NCBI GenBank assembly: GCA_963840855.1
Contig: CAWJBB010000079.1
Coordinates: forward strand, 96,001-160,000
Direction of reading: 5' to 3'
Source of the DNA: an uncultured delta proteobacterium
GTDB taxonomy: Bacteria > Desulfobacterota > Binatia > UBA9968
DNA length: 64,000 bases
Part shown: piece after piece, positions 1-9,857 of the stretch
How the letters are laid out: every line of letters starts with the position of its first letter
How positions within the stretch are numbered: position 1 is the stretch's first letter
Notes under the pieces: model-generated
Told to the model about the DNA's origin: nothing
What the model saw: the letters and a program-made list of their open reading frames with translations, nothing else
Databases searched by the model: none
Translations under genes and position numbers: made by a program

Positions 1-795
1 TTCCCCGTTGCCGCCGAACTGGTGCGCAATGGCCTCGCGCTGATCAACGATTTATTCGCGGCCACCAAAACAACGCCGCGCACAGCGGTGTTCATGCATG
101 TCAACGATACTTTTGGCCAAGCCACCGCGAAGGCCATCGACCTGCTCCTGCCGCAGCTCAATCTGCCGTTCAAACTCGTGGAGACGATCTCCTACGACCC
201 GGCCGCTAAGGACTTGACGGTAGAGGTTTCGAAAGCCAAGGCGACGAGGGCGGACTTTCTGCTTTTGGTCAGCCGGCTGAATGACGCCATTGCGCTGCGC
301 CGTGAGATCGTCAAGCAACGCTGGAACATCATGGGCATCATCAGCCCAGGCTCACCCGGCATGTACGAAAACCAGTTCTATAAGACCCTCGGCAAACTCT
401 CCGAGCATTGCATCTCCAACGTGCCGTGGTATGACCCGAAAACCGCCCTGGCGAAGGCGGTGGAAGGGGCCCTTAAAAAGCACAATGCCAAAGACCAACT
501 CAGGTTTCACGCGCTCAACGTCGGCTATACCTTCGAGGCGATCCTGGTCGTTGCCGACGCCTTCAAGCGCGCGGGCTCGACTGAAGCCAAGACGCTGACT
601 GAAGCCATTCGCCTCACCGAGATCAAAAATCGCATGATGTTCGGTGGCGCGATCAAGTTCAACGCCAAAGGACAGGTCGAGGGCAACCTTTCGGCCTGCA
701 TCCAGAATCAAGGACAAAAACCTGTCGTCGTCTTGCCCACGCCGGCCGCCGAAGCCAAGCCGATATTTCCTTGGGGCGAGTACAGGAGAGCTTAA
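1..795 (+). CDS. Branched-chain amino acid-type ABC transporter substrate-binding protein (5'-truncated by the window)
   Basis: The frame is open from base 1. Periplasmic binding protein type I features (NDTFGQ, ETISYD..AKDL, IKFNAKG). Lies directly upstream of livH/M/G/F-like genes. Confidence 0.85.
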   Translation, partial: FPVAAELVRNGLALINDLFAATKTTPRTAVFMHVNDTFGQATAKAIDLLLPQLNLPFKLVETISYDPAAKDLTVEVSKAKATRADFLLLVSRLNDAIALRREIVKQRWNIMGIISPGSPGMYENQFYKTLGKLSEHCISNVPWYDPKTALAKAVEGALKKHNAKDQLRFHALNVGYTFEAILVVADAFKRAGSTEAKTLTEAIRLTEIKNRMMFGGAIKFNAKGQVEGNLSACIQNQGQKPVVVLPTPAAEAKPIFPWGEYRRA

Positions 796-798
796 ATC

Positions 799-958
799 GT
801 TCAACGTTCAATGTTCAATGTTCAACGTCCCCACCTCCCGACCTTAAAACTGGAACGCGTGCGTCGACACGCTCAGGACGTGGTAAGCCCGTCGCATCAC
901 GAAGCCTTGGATTGCGCCGAAGGCGCCCACTTTGAACTTTGAACGTTGAACTTTGAAC
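799..958. repeat. Inverted pair of heptamer tandem arrays, (GTTCAAY)x4 ... (KTTGAAC)x4
   Basis: 799-826 gttcaac-gttcaat-gttcaat-gttcaac; 931-958 tttgaac-tttgaac-gttgaac-tttgaac. The two arrays are mutually complementary. Confidence 0.85.
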
Positions 959-1002
959 CGACGTGTTCAGCACGACAGGCTGTCGATTCCGACCAAGGGG
1001 GG

Positions 1003-1878
1003 ATGTTCATAGACTTCATCGTCCTCGCCAACGTGACCGTTTCCGGTGTGCTCACCGGACTGGTCTATGGCTTGATGGCCCTCGGTCTATCGGTGATCTT
1101 CGGCGTGGCCCGCGTGGTGAACTTCGCCCACGGCGAGCTGATGGCTGTCTCGATGTACGCGGCGGTGCTGTCGTTCGCGGCCCTCGGTGTCGATCCTTTT
1201 CTCCTCGCGGCGCCGGTGGCGGTGTTGTTCTTTGTTTTCGGTTACGTTCTTCAGTCAACCGTGATTCAGCCCTTTATCACGCGTCCCGATCATGCCCAGT
1301 TCATACTGCTGCTGGCCGTCGCTATCATCATCACCAATTCTCTTCTGATCGTTTTCGGTCCCGACGCGCGCAGCGTGCGTCTCGACTATCTGCTCGAGTC
1401 CATTGAATTGGGACCGTTGTTGATCGACCGCGGAAAGCTCTACGCCGCCCTCGTCGCTTGCGGCGCCGCGGCGGCGCTGTTCGCCTTTTTTCGCTTGACC
1501 CTCACGGGCGCGGCCATCCGCGCCTGCGCCGATAGCTGGCTCGGGGCAAAGGTGACCGGCTTGAACGTGAAACAGCTATACGCGCTGACTTTCGGCCTGG
1601 GAACGGCCTGCGTCGCAGTGGCCGGTTGTATGATGATCTTGCTCGTGGACCTGACGCCGGGACTCGGCCCGGCCTATACGCTTCTCGCCTTCGTGATCGT
1701 CATCGTCGGCGGACTCGGTTCCATGAATGGCGCCCTCGTGGGCGGCGTGCTCATCGGCGTGTCCGAGGCGCTCGCGGGCCTGTTGCTCGCGCCTTCGGCG
1801 AAGAGCATGTTCAGCTTCGCGTTACTCATTATGGTGCTGCTCTTGCGGCCGCGCGGCCTACTGGGCGGGAAATTGTGA
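1003..1878 (+). CDS. livH: Branched-chain amino acid ABC permease (LivH family)
   Basis: GLVYGLMALGLSVIFG..VVNFAHGE and VIVIVGGLGS motifs. ATG at 1003 follows AAGGGGG. Confidence 0.9.
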   Translation: MFIDFIVLANVTVSGVLTGLVYGLMALGLSVIFGVARVVNFAHGELMAVSMYAAVLSFAALGVDPFLLAAPVAVLFFVFGYVLQSTVIQPFITRPDHAQFILLLAVAIIITNSLLIVFGPDARSVRLDYLLESIELGPLLIDRGKLYAALVACGAAAALFAFFRLTLTGAAIRACADSWLGAKVTGLNVKQLYALTFGLGTACVAVAGCMMILLVDLTPGLGPAYTLLAFVIVIVGGLGSMNGALVGGVLIGVSEALAGLLLAPSAKSMFSFALLIMVLLLRPRGLLGGKL

Positions 1879-2846
1879 ACCCGCGCGCCGCTTCTCTGCT
1901 CGCCGCGCTGGGCGCGCTCCTGCTTGTATTCCCATTTTTCGCGGACAGTTATCTCCTATCGCTAGCGACACTGATCCTCTACCTCGCCTACACCGGCCAA
2001 GCGTGGAACCTCATGATGGGATTTGCCGGGCAACTTTCTCTCGGACACGCGCTTTATCTCGGCGTCGGCGCTTACGGCGCCGCGGCGCTGTACCATCATT
2101 TTGGCATCGGTCCCTGGGCGGGAATGTGGCTCGCCATCGGCCTTTGCGTGTTGTTAGCGGCGAGTCTTGGTTTTCTCGCTTTCAGGTATGGCATCTCGGG
2201 CGTCTATTTTACCTTGCTCACGATCGCCTTCGCCGAGTTCGCGCGCATCGGCTTTGACCACTTCAACTGGGTCGGCGGCTCGGGCGGGCTGTTTCTCAAA
2301 GTGGCGCAGCGCGACCAGATAGATGTTTTTAATTTGCGCGGCACGCCGGTAATGTTCTACTACGTCATGCTTGCCCTCGCGGCCGGCGCCTTCGCGTTTT
2401 GCGCATGGTGTCTGCGCAGCCGGCCCGGTTATTATTGGCGCGCGATCCGTGAAAACGAAGAAGCGGCCGAGGCCCTCGGCATTGACGCTTTGCGCTGGAA
2501 AATGTTCGCGATCATCGGCAGCGCAGCCATGACGGCTCTGGCCGGTGTGTTCTGGGCGTTTTACTACAACAACTTATTCCCGGAACAGATATTTAATATC
2601 GGTCGCTCCATCGAAATCATCCTTGGCCCGATCATCGGCGGCATCGGCACTCTAGCAGGCCCAATCCTCGGCGCGGCGTTGTTGACCTTGATCGCCGACG
2701 GAGCCACGGAGTTGGTCACTGCGCTCGGTTGGGACGTTCCAGGCGTGAAACAGTTGATATACGGCATCATCTTGTTTGCGGTGGTAGTGTTTCTGCCGCA
2801 AGGTATCTGGCCGCCGCTGGCGCGGAAACTGAATCTTTCCAAATGA
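1875..2846 (+). CDS. livM: Branched-chain amino acid ABC permease (LivM family)
   Basis: WNLMMGFAGQLSLGH and AIRENEEAAEALGI motifs. GTG start overlaps the livH stop (GTGA). Confidence 0.9.
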   Translation: MNPRAASLLAALGALLLVFPFFADSYLLSLATLILYLAYTGQAWNLMMGFAGQLSLGHALYLGVGAYGAAALYHHFGIGPWAGMWLAIGLCVLLAASLGFLAFRYGISGVYFTLLTIAFAEFARIGFDHFNWVGGSGGLFLKVAQRDQIDVFNLRGTPVMFYYVMLALAAGAFAFCAWCLRSRPGYYWRAIRENEEAAEALGIDALRWKMFAIIGSAAMTALAGVFWAFYYNNLFPEQIFNIGRSIEIILGPIIGGIGTLAGPILGAALLTLIADGATELVTALGWDVPGVKQLIYGIILFAVVVFLPQGIWPPLARKLNLSK

Positions 2847-3571
2847 GCGCCTTATTACAACTTCACAATGTCAGCAAGTCGTTCCGCGGGCTCAGCGCGG
2901 TCACCAGCGTCTCATTGGCGGTGGAGCCAGGAGCCATCGTCGCGCTCATCGGCCCCAACGGCGCCGGGAAAACGACGCTTTTCAACTTGGTGGCGGGAGC
3001 CCTTCGGCCGGATTCGGGGGAAATTCATTTCAATGGCGCGCGCATCGACGGCCTGCGGCCGGATCAAGTGTGCGGCGCGGGCATCGGCCGGACGTTTCAG
3101 ATCGTCAAACCGTTCGCCGGGCTTTCGGTGCTCGACAACGTCGTGGTGGGAGCTCTCAAGCGCGCCTCCGGTGTTGCGGAAGCGAAGCGGCACGGCGCAA
3201 ATATTATCGCGCAGCTAGGACTACGCCCGAAAGGCGATTTGCCTGCGTCCGCGCTTACCTTACCCGACCAAAAGCGCCTCGAGGTCGCGCGCGCCCTCGC
3301 GACTCGGCCGAAGCTACTGCTCCTTGATGAAGTGATGGCGGGCCTGCGTCCCACCGAATGCGACGAAATGGTCGCGCTGTTTCGCGAGATCAATCGACGG
3401 GAAGGACTGACCATCCTGCTCGTCGAGCACGTCATGCGGGCTATTATGGCGCTCGCGCACAGCGTCCTGGTGTTGCACCACGGCGAAGTCATTGCTCAGG
3501 ACGCACCGGCGCAGGTGGTGCGAAACCCCGCGGTGCTCGATTGTTATCTCGGCGAGGATACGGAGCTGTGA
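2843..3571 (+). CDS. livG: ABC ATP-binding protein (LivG family)
   Basis: Walker A GPNGAGKT, RTFQ, LLLLDE, VEH. ATGA overlap with the upstream gene. Confidence 0.92.
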   Translation: MSALLQLHNVSKSFRGLSAVTSVSLAVEPGAIVALIGPNGAGKTTLFNLVAGALRPDSGEIHFNGARIDGLRPDQVCGAGIGRTFQIVKPFAGLSVLDNVVVGALKRASGVAEAKRHGANIIAQLGLRPKGDLPASALTLPDQKRLEVARALATRPKLLLLDEVMAGLRPTECDEMVALFREINRREGLTILLVEHVMRAIMALAHSVLVLHHGEVIAQDAPAQVVRNPAVLDCYLGEDTEL

Positions 3572-4281
3572 GGACGCTGCTCGAAGTCCGCGATCTCGAT
3601 CTGTATTACGGTGACGCCCAGGCGCTGGCCGGCGTCTCGCTGGAAATACCCGACGGCAAGATCGTCGCCATTGTCGGCGCCAATGGCGCCGGCAAGACTT
3701 CCTTGATACGCGCCATCGCCGGCATCGAACGGCCCCGCGCAGGCGAGATTCGCTTTGCCGGACGCGAAATATCGGGTCTCGAGTCGCATGAAATCTGTAA
3801 TCTGGGAATCGGCCAAGTCGCCGAGGGACGGCAGATTTTTTCCAGTTTGACAGTGGCGGAGAACCTCAAGTTGGGCGCCGCACTGCCGCGCGCCCGCGCC
3901 AAATCGATGGAGACGATGGACGAAGTATTGGCCCTCTTTCCGCGGCTCCGAGAACGGCGAAAGCAGATCGCCGGCACGCTCTCCGGCGGCGAGCAGCAGA
4001 TGCTCGCCATCGGCCGCTGCCTGATGAGCCGCCCCGCGCTTATCATGTTCGACGAACCCTCCCTGGGACTCGCGCCCACCGTCGTGCGTGAAGTGCTGCG
4101 CGCGATTCGAGCGCTAAACGAGACTGGCATAACCATTCTCATGGTCGAACAAAACGTCGCCGTATCGCTCAAGCTCTCCGAGCGCGCCTACGTACTGGAA
4201 ACTGGCCGCATCGTGATGTCCGGCTCGGGGCACGAGCTTCTAAACGATCTCCGGGTGCGGCAAGCGTATCTGGGATTGTAA
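3568..4281 (+). CDS. livF: ABC ATP-binding protein (LivF family)
   Basis: GANGAGKT, LSGGEQQML, DEPSLGLAP, VEQN; ends AYLG. Confidence 0.92.
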   Translation: MRTLLEVRDLDLYYGDAQALAGVSLEIPDGKIVAIVGANGAGKTSLIRAIAGIERPRAGEIRFAGREISGLESHEICNLGIGQVAEGRQIFSSLTVAENLKLGAALPRARAKSMETMDEVLALFPRLRERRKQIAGTLSGGEQQMLAIGRCLMSRPALIMFDEPSLGLAPTVVREVLRAIRALNETGITILMVEQNVAVSLKLSERAYVLETGRIVMSGSGHELLNDLRVRQAYLGL

Positions 4282-4333
4282 GCTTTACTGCGCCAGCATC
4301 TTCGCTCCGATGTCGGCAGTTTCTAGGCAGAGA

Positions 4334-5938
4334 TCAGGAATGAAATCTCCAACGTGGTAATTCTCCGCCCTGCTTTGTCGTCTCCGAAAAGTCACGCGGG
4401 GCGGCCCCGCGCCGGCGTAGTTTTCTGAGTGCAATCGTTTCGATCTGGCGAATTCTTTCGCGCGTGATGCCGAAGACCTTGCCGGTTTCTTCGAGCGTAT
4501 AGTTCATCTTTTCTCTGATGCCAAACCGCATGCGGATAATTTTTTCCTCGCGCGGGCTGAGCTTTTGTAGAATTCTGTGTATCTCTTCCCGGCACCGAAT
4601 ATCAATCAGCAGTGACTCCGGATCGGGCGTGCGCTCATCCTTGATCACATCGCCCAAACATTTACCGGGATCATCGGCCAAAGGTGTTTCGAGAGAGACG
4701 GGTTCTTTGACTAGATTCAGAACCGTCTGCACCTTTGCCGCGGGGATCGCCATATACGTGGCGATTTCATCTTCGTTGGGTCTTCGGCCCAGTTGGCGGC
4801 CGAGGCTAGCGATGGTCTGATTTAGCCTATTTGTCAGCTCGACCATATGGACCGGAATTCGGATCGTGTGCGAATAATCCGAGAGCGACCGGGTAACCGC
4901 CTGGCGGACCCACCAGCTGGCATACGTCGAGAATCGAAAACCCAGCTGGTAGTTGAATTTATCCACCGCTTTCATCAGTCCGACATTGCCTTCCTGGATG
5001 AGATCCAGATAAGAAAGGCCGCGGCCGCAGTACTTCTTGGCGATGGCGGCGACCAATCGCAGGTTAGCCTGAACAAAATCGTGCTTCGCGACAACAACTT
5101 GGGCTTTTTTTTCTCGGATCGTCCGCACTTTACGCCCCAGTTCCTGAATCGGCATGCCGATCGATTTTTCCAGTGCTTGGATTTCCTTGCGTTGTCTCGG
5201 CTGCGTCCGGAATCTTTCTTCGAGGACCTTCGCCCGCTCGTAGATCGCTTGGTGCTCGTTAATGATATTTTCTATCTGCTGCGGGTTCAGCTCCAGAGCT
5301 TGGATCAGTGCGGCGATCTTTTTCTTCTGGCGGATGATTTTCGTGTCGAGGTGCCTTCGACGGGCGGCACTTGCTGATTTGTCCGAATGCGCCGCGGTGC
5401 GCTGGAAGCTTGCTGCCATGTATCGGAGTTTTCGAACTCCCGCACGAAAGCGCGCTTTCAGCACAAGTTCATCGCCAAAGTGCTCACCCGATGTCTCGAC
5501 CGGAAGTTTGACAACGTCACGCACGCTCACCTGTCCGGCGGCAACTCTTCCGCCCAACTCGATCGTCCATCGCAGCGCCACGAGTGATGAAAGAGCCTCC
5601 TCGGCGATCTCTTGCTCGCCTTCCCCGATCAGCTTCGCCAGTATGATTTCCTTTTCGCGGCTCAAAAGCGGAATCGACCGCACTTCCTGAAGATAACGAG
5701 CGATGGGGTCGATTTTCATAGCGACCAAGTCGCTCTCAACGGCGCTGTCCAGATCTTCAACTTCCAACACTTCTTCCGGCTCCGGATCGGCATCCTCAAC
5801 AATTTCCGATGGAAGAGGATCGTCGGCCAACCAATCTGGGGCATGAAGATGCACCGGGAATTCGGTCTCCGGCGCATTCTCCGGGTCCGCTGGAACCACC
5901 GGGAATCCTCTCGGGCCTTTGCGAGTATCGTCGCTCAT
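4334..5938 (-). CDS. RpoD-like sigma-70 factor (divergent paralog)
   Basis: Region 1.2 [17 protein letters not shown]; region 2 [32 protein letters not shown]; region 4 [15 protein letters not shown]. Confidence 0.9.
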   Translation of the reverse strand: MSDDTRKGPRGFPVVPADPENAPETEFPVHLHAPDWLADDPLPSEIVEDADPEPEEVLEVEDLDSAVESDLVAMKIDPIARYLQEVRSIPLLSREKEIILAKLIGEGEQEIAEEALSSLVALRWTIELGGRVAAGQVSVRDVVKLPVETSGEHFGDELVLKARFRAGVRKLRYMAASFQRTAAHSDKSASAARRRHLDTKIIRQKKKIAALIQALELNPQQIENIINEHQAIYERAKVLEERFRTQPRQRKEIQALEKSIGMPIQELGRKVRTIREKKAQVVVAKHDFVQANLRLVAAIAKKYCGRGLSYLDLIQEGNVGLMKAVDKFNYQLGFRFSTYASWWVRQAVTRSLSDYSHTIRIPVHMVELTNRLNQTIASLGRQLGRRPNEDEIATYMAIPAAKVQTVLNLVKEPVSLETPLADDPGKCLGDVIKDERTPDPESLLIDIRCREEIHRILQKLSPREEKIIRMRFGIREKMNYTLEETGKVFGITRERIRQIETIALRKLRRRGAAPRDFSETTKQGGELPRWRFHS

Positions 5939-6320
5939 CTTTTCACCTTGTTTCGTCAGCTGTCACGCTTTGGCGTGGGTGCGTCGAAACTCCGATCGAC
6001 ATCAGGTAGGCGACCAATCCGGAGACACGAATCCGGCCATCCACAACAGATGTTCGCGCCGGAAAAACCGATGCTGGTCGTGTTTGCTGAATTTTGAGGA
6101 ATGCTTATCAACCACCGTAGGTGGCTTTCCCGGCTTTGTCAATCGCGTCTGGCCTCTCGGTGAGTCGCGAATGACGAAATCCTGGAGAGTGTCGAAGTAT
6201 GGCCGCATCGTCATGTCTGCGAGCTCCAAAACGATGTGCGATGGTCGAATCTCGGCTTTGAACTCCTTTTGCTCAATCCTGCGCATCGAGGAAGATGCGT
6301 TTTTTTGAGGGCGCGATGGT

Positions 6321-6349
6321 TTGACAGAGGGCGCGCTTCGATGTAGTTC
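6321..6349 (+). promoter_or_regulatory. Possible sigma-70 promoter for the cupin operon
   Basis: TTGACA, 17 nt spacer, TAGTTC, about 60 nt upstream of ATG 6408. The -10 element is imperfect. Confidence 0.35.
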
Positions 6350-6407
6350 TTGCAAGCGACCGGAGAACCTGCGCCATGTTCGCCGCGGGCGCCAAAGGGA
6401 TGCGACG

Positions 6408-7439
6408 ATGGCAAATCCGCCGCCGAGATACAAAAAACCGAGAGTCTTTGTTCGAGCAGTCGACAGCATAACCTATTCTCTCAACGATGCGCGGCGCCAG
6501 CGTCTGACCGAGATTCCTCGGGTCATCCGGCGAGACTACCGGGAGTTCTTGAACGCAAACCTGGAGCGAGTCGAAGAGAAATCCATCATCAGCCCGGCCA
6601 ACGATCCTTTCATTACCCAGAGTCTCCATACCCACTTTGTGCTCCTGCCGCCTGGCGCCCGCGACAAGGGGCACGGCCACCAGAATGAAGCGTTCATTTA
6701 TTTTCTGCACGGACGCGGCTTCGATATGCATGACGGCATCCGTTACGACTGGGAAGCCGGCGATGCGCTGGCCGTGCACAACGACTCGGTGCACTGGCAT
6801 AATAATCTCGATCCTGAGCAACCGGCGGTGGGCCTCATCATGAAAGCCAAACCCACCTGGCTTTTTTTGGGCCTGCACCAACAAGGGCCGTTGGGAACCA
6901 CCCCGCCTCTCGAAGACACCCGCTGGGGCCCGGCGGTCGACTGTCCGATCATTCGCGCGCCGCAGGACGAAAAGCTAACGAAGGTACTGAAGCCGGCCGA
7001 TACGCCTTGGCAATTGACGCCCCATGGTAAAATTCGCCTGCTCGCGGACGCCGCCGTGCCGCTCCGGGTTAAAGCCATCGATGTGCACCTGCAGGAGATC
7101 CCGGGCGGCAGCCGCTCAGGAAAACAATGGCAAATGGCGGATGAAGTCTTTTACGTTCTAGAAGGACGGGGCTACGATCTCCACTGGGACGTGGAGATGG
7201 AAATAACCGACAAATACTATGCGCGCGTCGCCAAGGAACCCAGCCGCTGGGACTGGCAGGCGGGAGATATGGTTTACATTCCGCATAATAGCATGCACCA
7301 GCACTTTAACGCGGAGCCTTCCCGGCCCGCCCGCCTGATCTCGGCGACCAATCGGCTCTACAAGCTGCTGGGCTACTCGCGCGTGGAACAGCTGGAGAAC
7401 GCGCCGGAATATGCGGAGGTAGCGCCATTAAAACACTAG
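6408..7439 (+). CDS. Bicupin protein (gentisate 1,2-dioxygenase-like fold)
   Basis: Two cupin units: HGHQNEA..DWEAGD..VHWH and QWQMADE..DWQAGD..MHQH. Confidence 0.85.
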   Translation: MANPPPRYKKPRVFVRAVDSITYSLNDARRQRLTEIPRVIRRDYREFLNANLERVEEKSIISPANDPFITQSLHTHFVLLPPGARDKGHGHQNEAFIYFLHGRGFDMHDGIRYDWEAGDALAVHNDSVHWHNNLDPEQPAVGLIMKAKPTWLFLGLHQQGPLGTTPPLEDTRWGPAVDCPIIRAPQDEKLTKVLKPADTPWQLTPHGKIRLLADAAVPLRVKAIDVHLQEIPGGSRSGKQWQMADEVFYVLEGRGYDLHWDVEMEITDKYYARVAKEPSRWDWQAGDMVYIPHNSMHQHFNAEPSRPARLISATNRLYKLLGYSRVEQLENAPEYAEVAPLKH

Positions 7440-8542
7440 CCCTTTCTATAGTAGCCGCCTCATGGTTCTTTAGCTTTTCTGTTCTGGCGGCAACGCCAAG
7501 CCAGAGCATTCTTAAAGCGAAAAAAGATGCCGAGGCCAAAGGTTATGTTTTTTACGAAAGCCGCGACGAGATCGTCGCCAAGGCCAAGCAGGAGGGAAAG
7601 CTTCGGGTCCTGGCCGAAATGGAGCCGCCGAACATTAAAGCCTCCATCAAAGCGTTTGCCAAGAAGTATCCGTTCATCAACCTCCACATCGAGGAGATTA
7701 CCGGCACCGACAGCGCGCGGCGCAATATTCTCGAGATAAAGAGTGGCATGGCCAAAGATTGGGATATCCTCCACCTCTCCACCGATTTTTATAACGAGTA
7801 CCTCCCTCATCTATGGAAGGTAGACATCCTGGGAATGGCGGAGCAGGGCGTTCTGCAGATTCCGCCGGCGATGGTCGACCCGAAGCACCGCAACGTCGTC
7901 GGCTTCTACAGCCGCTTTCAGGTTACGGTGTACAATAAGAAACTCTTTGCCGCGGATAAGCTGCCCAAATTCTGGGATGACATCCTCAAGCCGGAATTCA
8001 AAGGCAAAAAATTCGCCGCCGACATCCGTCCGACTGAAATCGCCGCTTTGGTTCCCGCCTGGGGCCTAGAGAAAACTCTCGACTTTGCCCGCAAGGTCGC
8101 CGCGCAGGAACCCATCTGGGTGCGCGGCGGAAGCCGAACCATAACGGCGATTATAGCCGGAGAAATTCCCATGATGATCGGGCCCAACTTCCACACCACC
8201 AAACGGGCCCAGGGAAAAGATGTCACGGGCAATCTGCAGTATGTCGCCCTGGAACCCGTTCCCTTGCGGCTATCTCTCGAGGAAGCAGTGCAGGCCGGCG
8301 CCCAAAACCCCAACGCGGCTCTTCTCTGGCTCGAATGGATGGCGAGCCCCGAAGCGCAGAAGCTGGCCGATGAACACGAGCCTTCAAGCTCGTCGCTCCA
8401 TGTTCGCGGCGGCGCCGTCGAGCAAGAGCTGCGCGGCAAGAAACTTTCCGTTGTCAGCTGGGAGGATCATCAACAGATGGAGCAATGGCAGGCCAAGGTC
8501 GTTGAGGCGTACGGATTTCCCAAGGCAGAAACAAAAAAATAG
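7427..8542 (+). CDS. Extracellular solute-binding protein (Fe3+/polyamine/thiamine-type cluster), apparent ATT start
   Basis: The frame is open upstream of ATG 7619 through a signal peptide (KTLALSIVAASWFFSFSVLA). GGAGGT at 7415-7420 precedes ATT at 7427. Paralog of the 9858 and 42121 proteins (DEIVAKAK.EGKL, AYGFPKA). Confidence 0.8.
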   Translation: MKTLALSIVAASWFFSFSVLAATPSQSILKAKKDAEAKGYVFYESRDEIVAKAKQEGKLRVLAEMEPPNIKASIKAFAKKYPFINLHIEEITGTDSARRNILEIKSGMAKDWDILHLSTDFYNEYLPHLWKVDILGMAEQGVLQIPPAMVDPKHRNVVGFYSRFQVTVYNKKLFAADKLPKFWDDILKPEFKGKKFAADIRPTEIAALVPAWGLEKTLDFARKVAAQEPIWVRGGSRTITAIIAGEIPMMIGPNFHTTKRAQGKDVTGNLQYVALEPVPLRLSLEEAVQAGAQNPNAALLWLEWMASPEAQKLADEHEPSSSSLHVRGGAVEQELRGKKLSVVSWEDHQQMEQWQAKVVEAYGFPKAETKK

Positions 8543-8587
8543 CAGATTTAACCGCAAAGAATGCAAAGATTGACGGATGTGTCACGG

Positions 8588-8670
8588 GTTCAAGTGAGTT
8601 CAAGCCGTTCAAAACGTTCAAGCCGTTAAAGATTCCGGAAATCGATTTGAACGACTTGAACGATTTAAAC
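8588..8670. repeat. Palindromic element built of ~9-nt GTTCAA/TTGAAC repeats
   Basis: gttcaagtga-gttcaagcc-gttcaaaac-gttcaagcc-gttaaa, short spacer, then tttgaac-gacttgaac-gatttaaac. Confidence 0.8.
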
Positions 8671-8700
8671 ATTTTTAATAAGTTTTTGGGAGGAAGATGC

Positions 8701-9264
8701 ATGCCACTCGAAGAATCCAAGCACTGGCGCAAAGGGAATCGTCAGGCGTCATATTACGCTGACGACCTGAAGCGCGCGAAAGAGGAAAAAGAACGGGATG
8801 CGGCCTATCCGAAGGCCGTCAAGCCTGAAGAAATGCCCTGGGAAGATAGTCCGCACGGCCGGCTCAAACATCTCGCGCGCGAGGGCATAAACTCGCGGAT
8901 CAAGGACGTCGATATGTACATGCAAGAGCTGCCGCCGGGAGGCAGTTCCGGCAAACATCGCCATACGGCCGAGGAGCTGATGTTCATTCTCGAAGGGCGG
9001 GGCTACTCGCTCCACTGGGATGTCGACTTTGATTTCGATGAGGCGTACAAGTGGCACACCGCCGAGGAACCCAAACGGTTCGATTGGGAGGAAGGAGATC
9101 TGGTTTATATTCCGGTGAACACCGTGCATCAGCATTTCAATAGCGATCCGGATAAGCCGGCGCGCTTTATTTCGGCCAGCAACCGGATCTATAAAACCCT
9201 CGGATGGGGCGACATCGAGGAGCTTGAAGAAGCGCCGCAGTTTGAAAAGAAATCAGGACTGTAA
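8701..9264 (+). CDS. Monocupin, homologous to the C-terminal half of the 6408 bicupin
   Basis: KHRHTAEE..LEGRGYSLHWDV..DWEEGD..VHQHFN. GGAGG RBS. Confidence 0.88.
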   Translation: MPLEESKHWRKGNRQASYYADDLKRAKEEKERDAAYPKAVKPEEMPWEDSPHGRLKHLAREGINSRIKDVDMYMQELPPGGSSGKHRHTAEELMFILEGRGYSLHWDVDFDFDEAYKWHTAEEPKRFDWEEGDLVYIPVNTVHQHFNSDPDKPARFISASNRIYKTLGWGDIEELEEAPQFEKKSGL

Positions 9265-9282
9265 AATCAAGGAGTCACTACA

Positions 9283-9840
9283 GTGGAAAACCAAATCTAT
9301 GACGAAGAACGTTGCTTCGTTCGGGGCATCGGCAGCAAAGGCTACAACCTCAAGCAGGAATTGGCGCGGCTAAGAAGCATGCCGCGGGTGATCAAAGGTT
9401 CGAGTCTGCCGTGGCGCAGCGGGCCTCAGGTATTCCACAAAAACATGATGAATCCGGGGCATGGTTTGATTCAAAGCTTACACTGTTCGCAGGAGGAATT
9501 GGCGCCCGGCGGGCGGTCGCAGAAACATGGCCATCAAAACCCCGCGCTGCTCTACGTCCTGGAGGGTGAGGGTTATGACATCCATGACGGAACGCGCTAC
9601 GACTGGAGCGCCGGTGATCTCGTGCTCGTCACGCCGGGCTGCGTGCATCAGCATTTCAATGCCTTGGAAGATCGTCCAGCGCGGGTGTTGATCATCAAAG
9701 CCAAACCGTTGTACATCTTCATGGGACTTATTCAGCAAGGCTTTGTCGAGAAAGCGCCTAAGCAAGCAATGCCTGGCTGGGAAGACTTTAAGCCGCTGCA
9801 CGGTTCCTTTCTTGAGGAGCGTGAAAAAAACCAAAAATAA
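9283..9840 (+). CDS. Monocupin, homologous to the N-terminal half of the 6408 bicupin
   Basis: KHGHQN..YDIHDG.RYDWSAGD..VHQHFN..KAKP..GL.QQG. AAGGAG RBS, GTG start. Confidence 0.88.
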   Translation: MENQIYDEERCFVRGIGSKGYNLKQELARLRSMPRVIKGSSLPWRSGPQVFHKNMMNPGHGLIQSLHCSQEELAPGGRSQKHGHQNPALLYVLEGEGYDIHDGTRYDWSAGDLVLVTPGCVHQHFNALEDRPARVLIIKAKPLYIFMGLIQQGFVEKAPKQAMPGWEDFKPLHGSFLEEREKNQK

Positions 9841-9857
9841 TGTCACGGGAGCATACC

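Noticed and set aside
799-958. Short repeat arrays as possible CRISPR arrays (also 8588 and 30726)
   Set aside because: Units are 6-10 nt with no unique spacers, and no cas genes are present.
4334-5938. Assigning the symbol rpoD
   Set aside because: Divergent N-terminus and region 3.2 and no dnaG linkage; probably a paralog.
6002-6286. Possible 94-aa ORF upstream of the sigma factor
   Set aside because: No RBS or recognisable motif; it could be real but cannot be supported from sequence alone.
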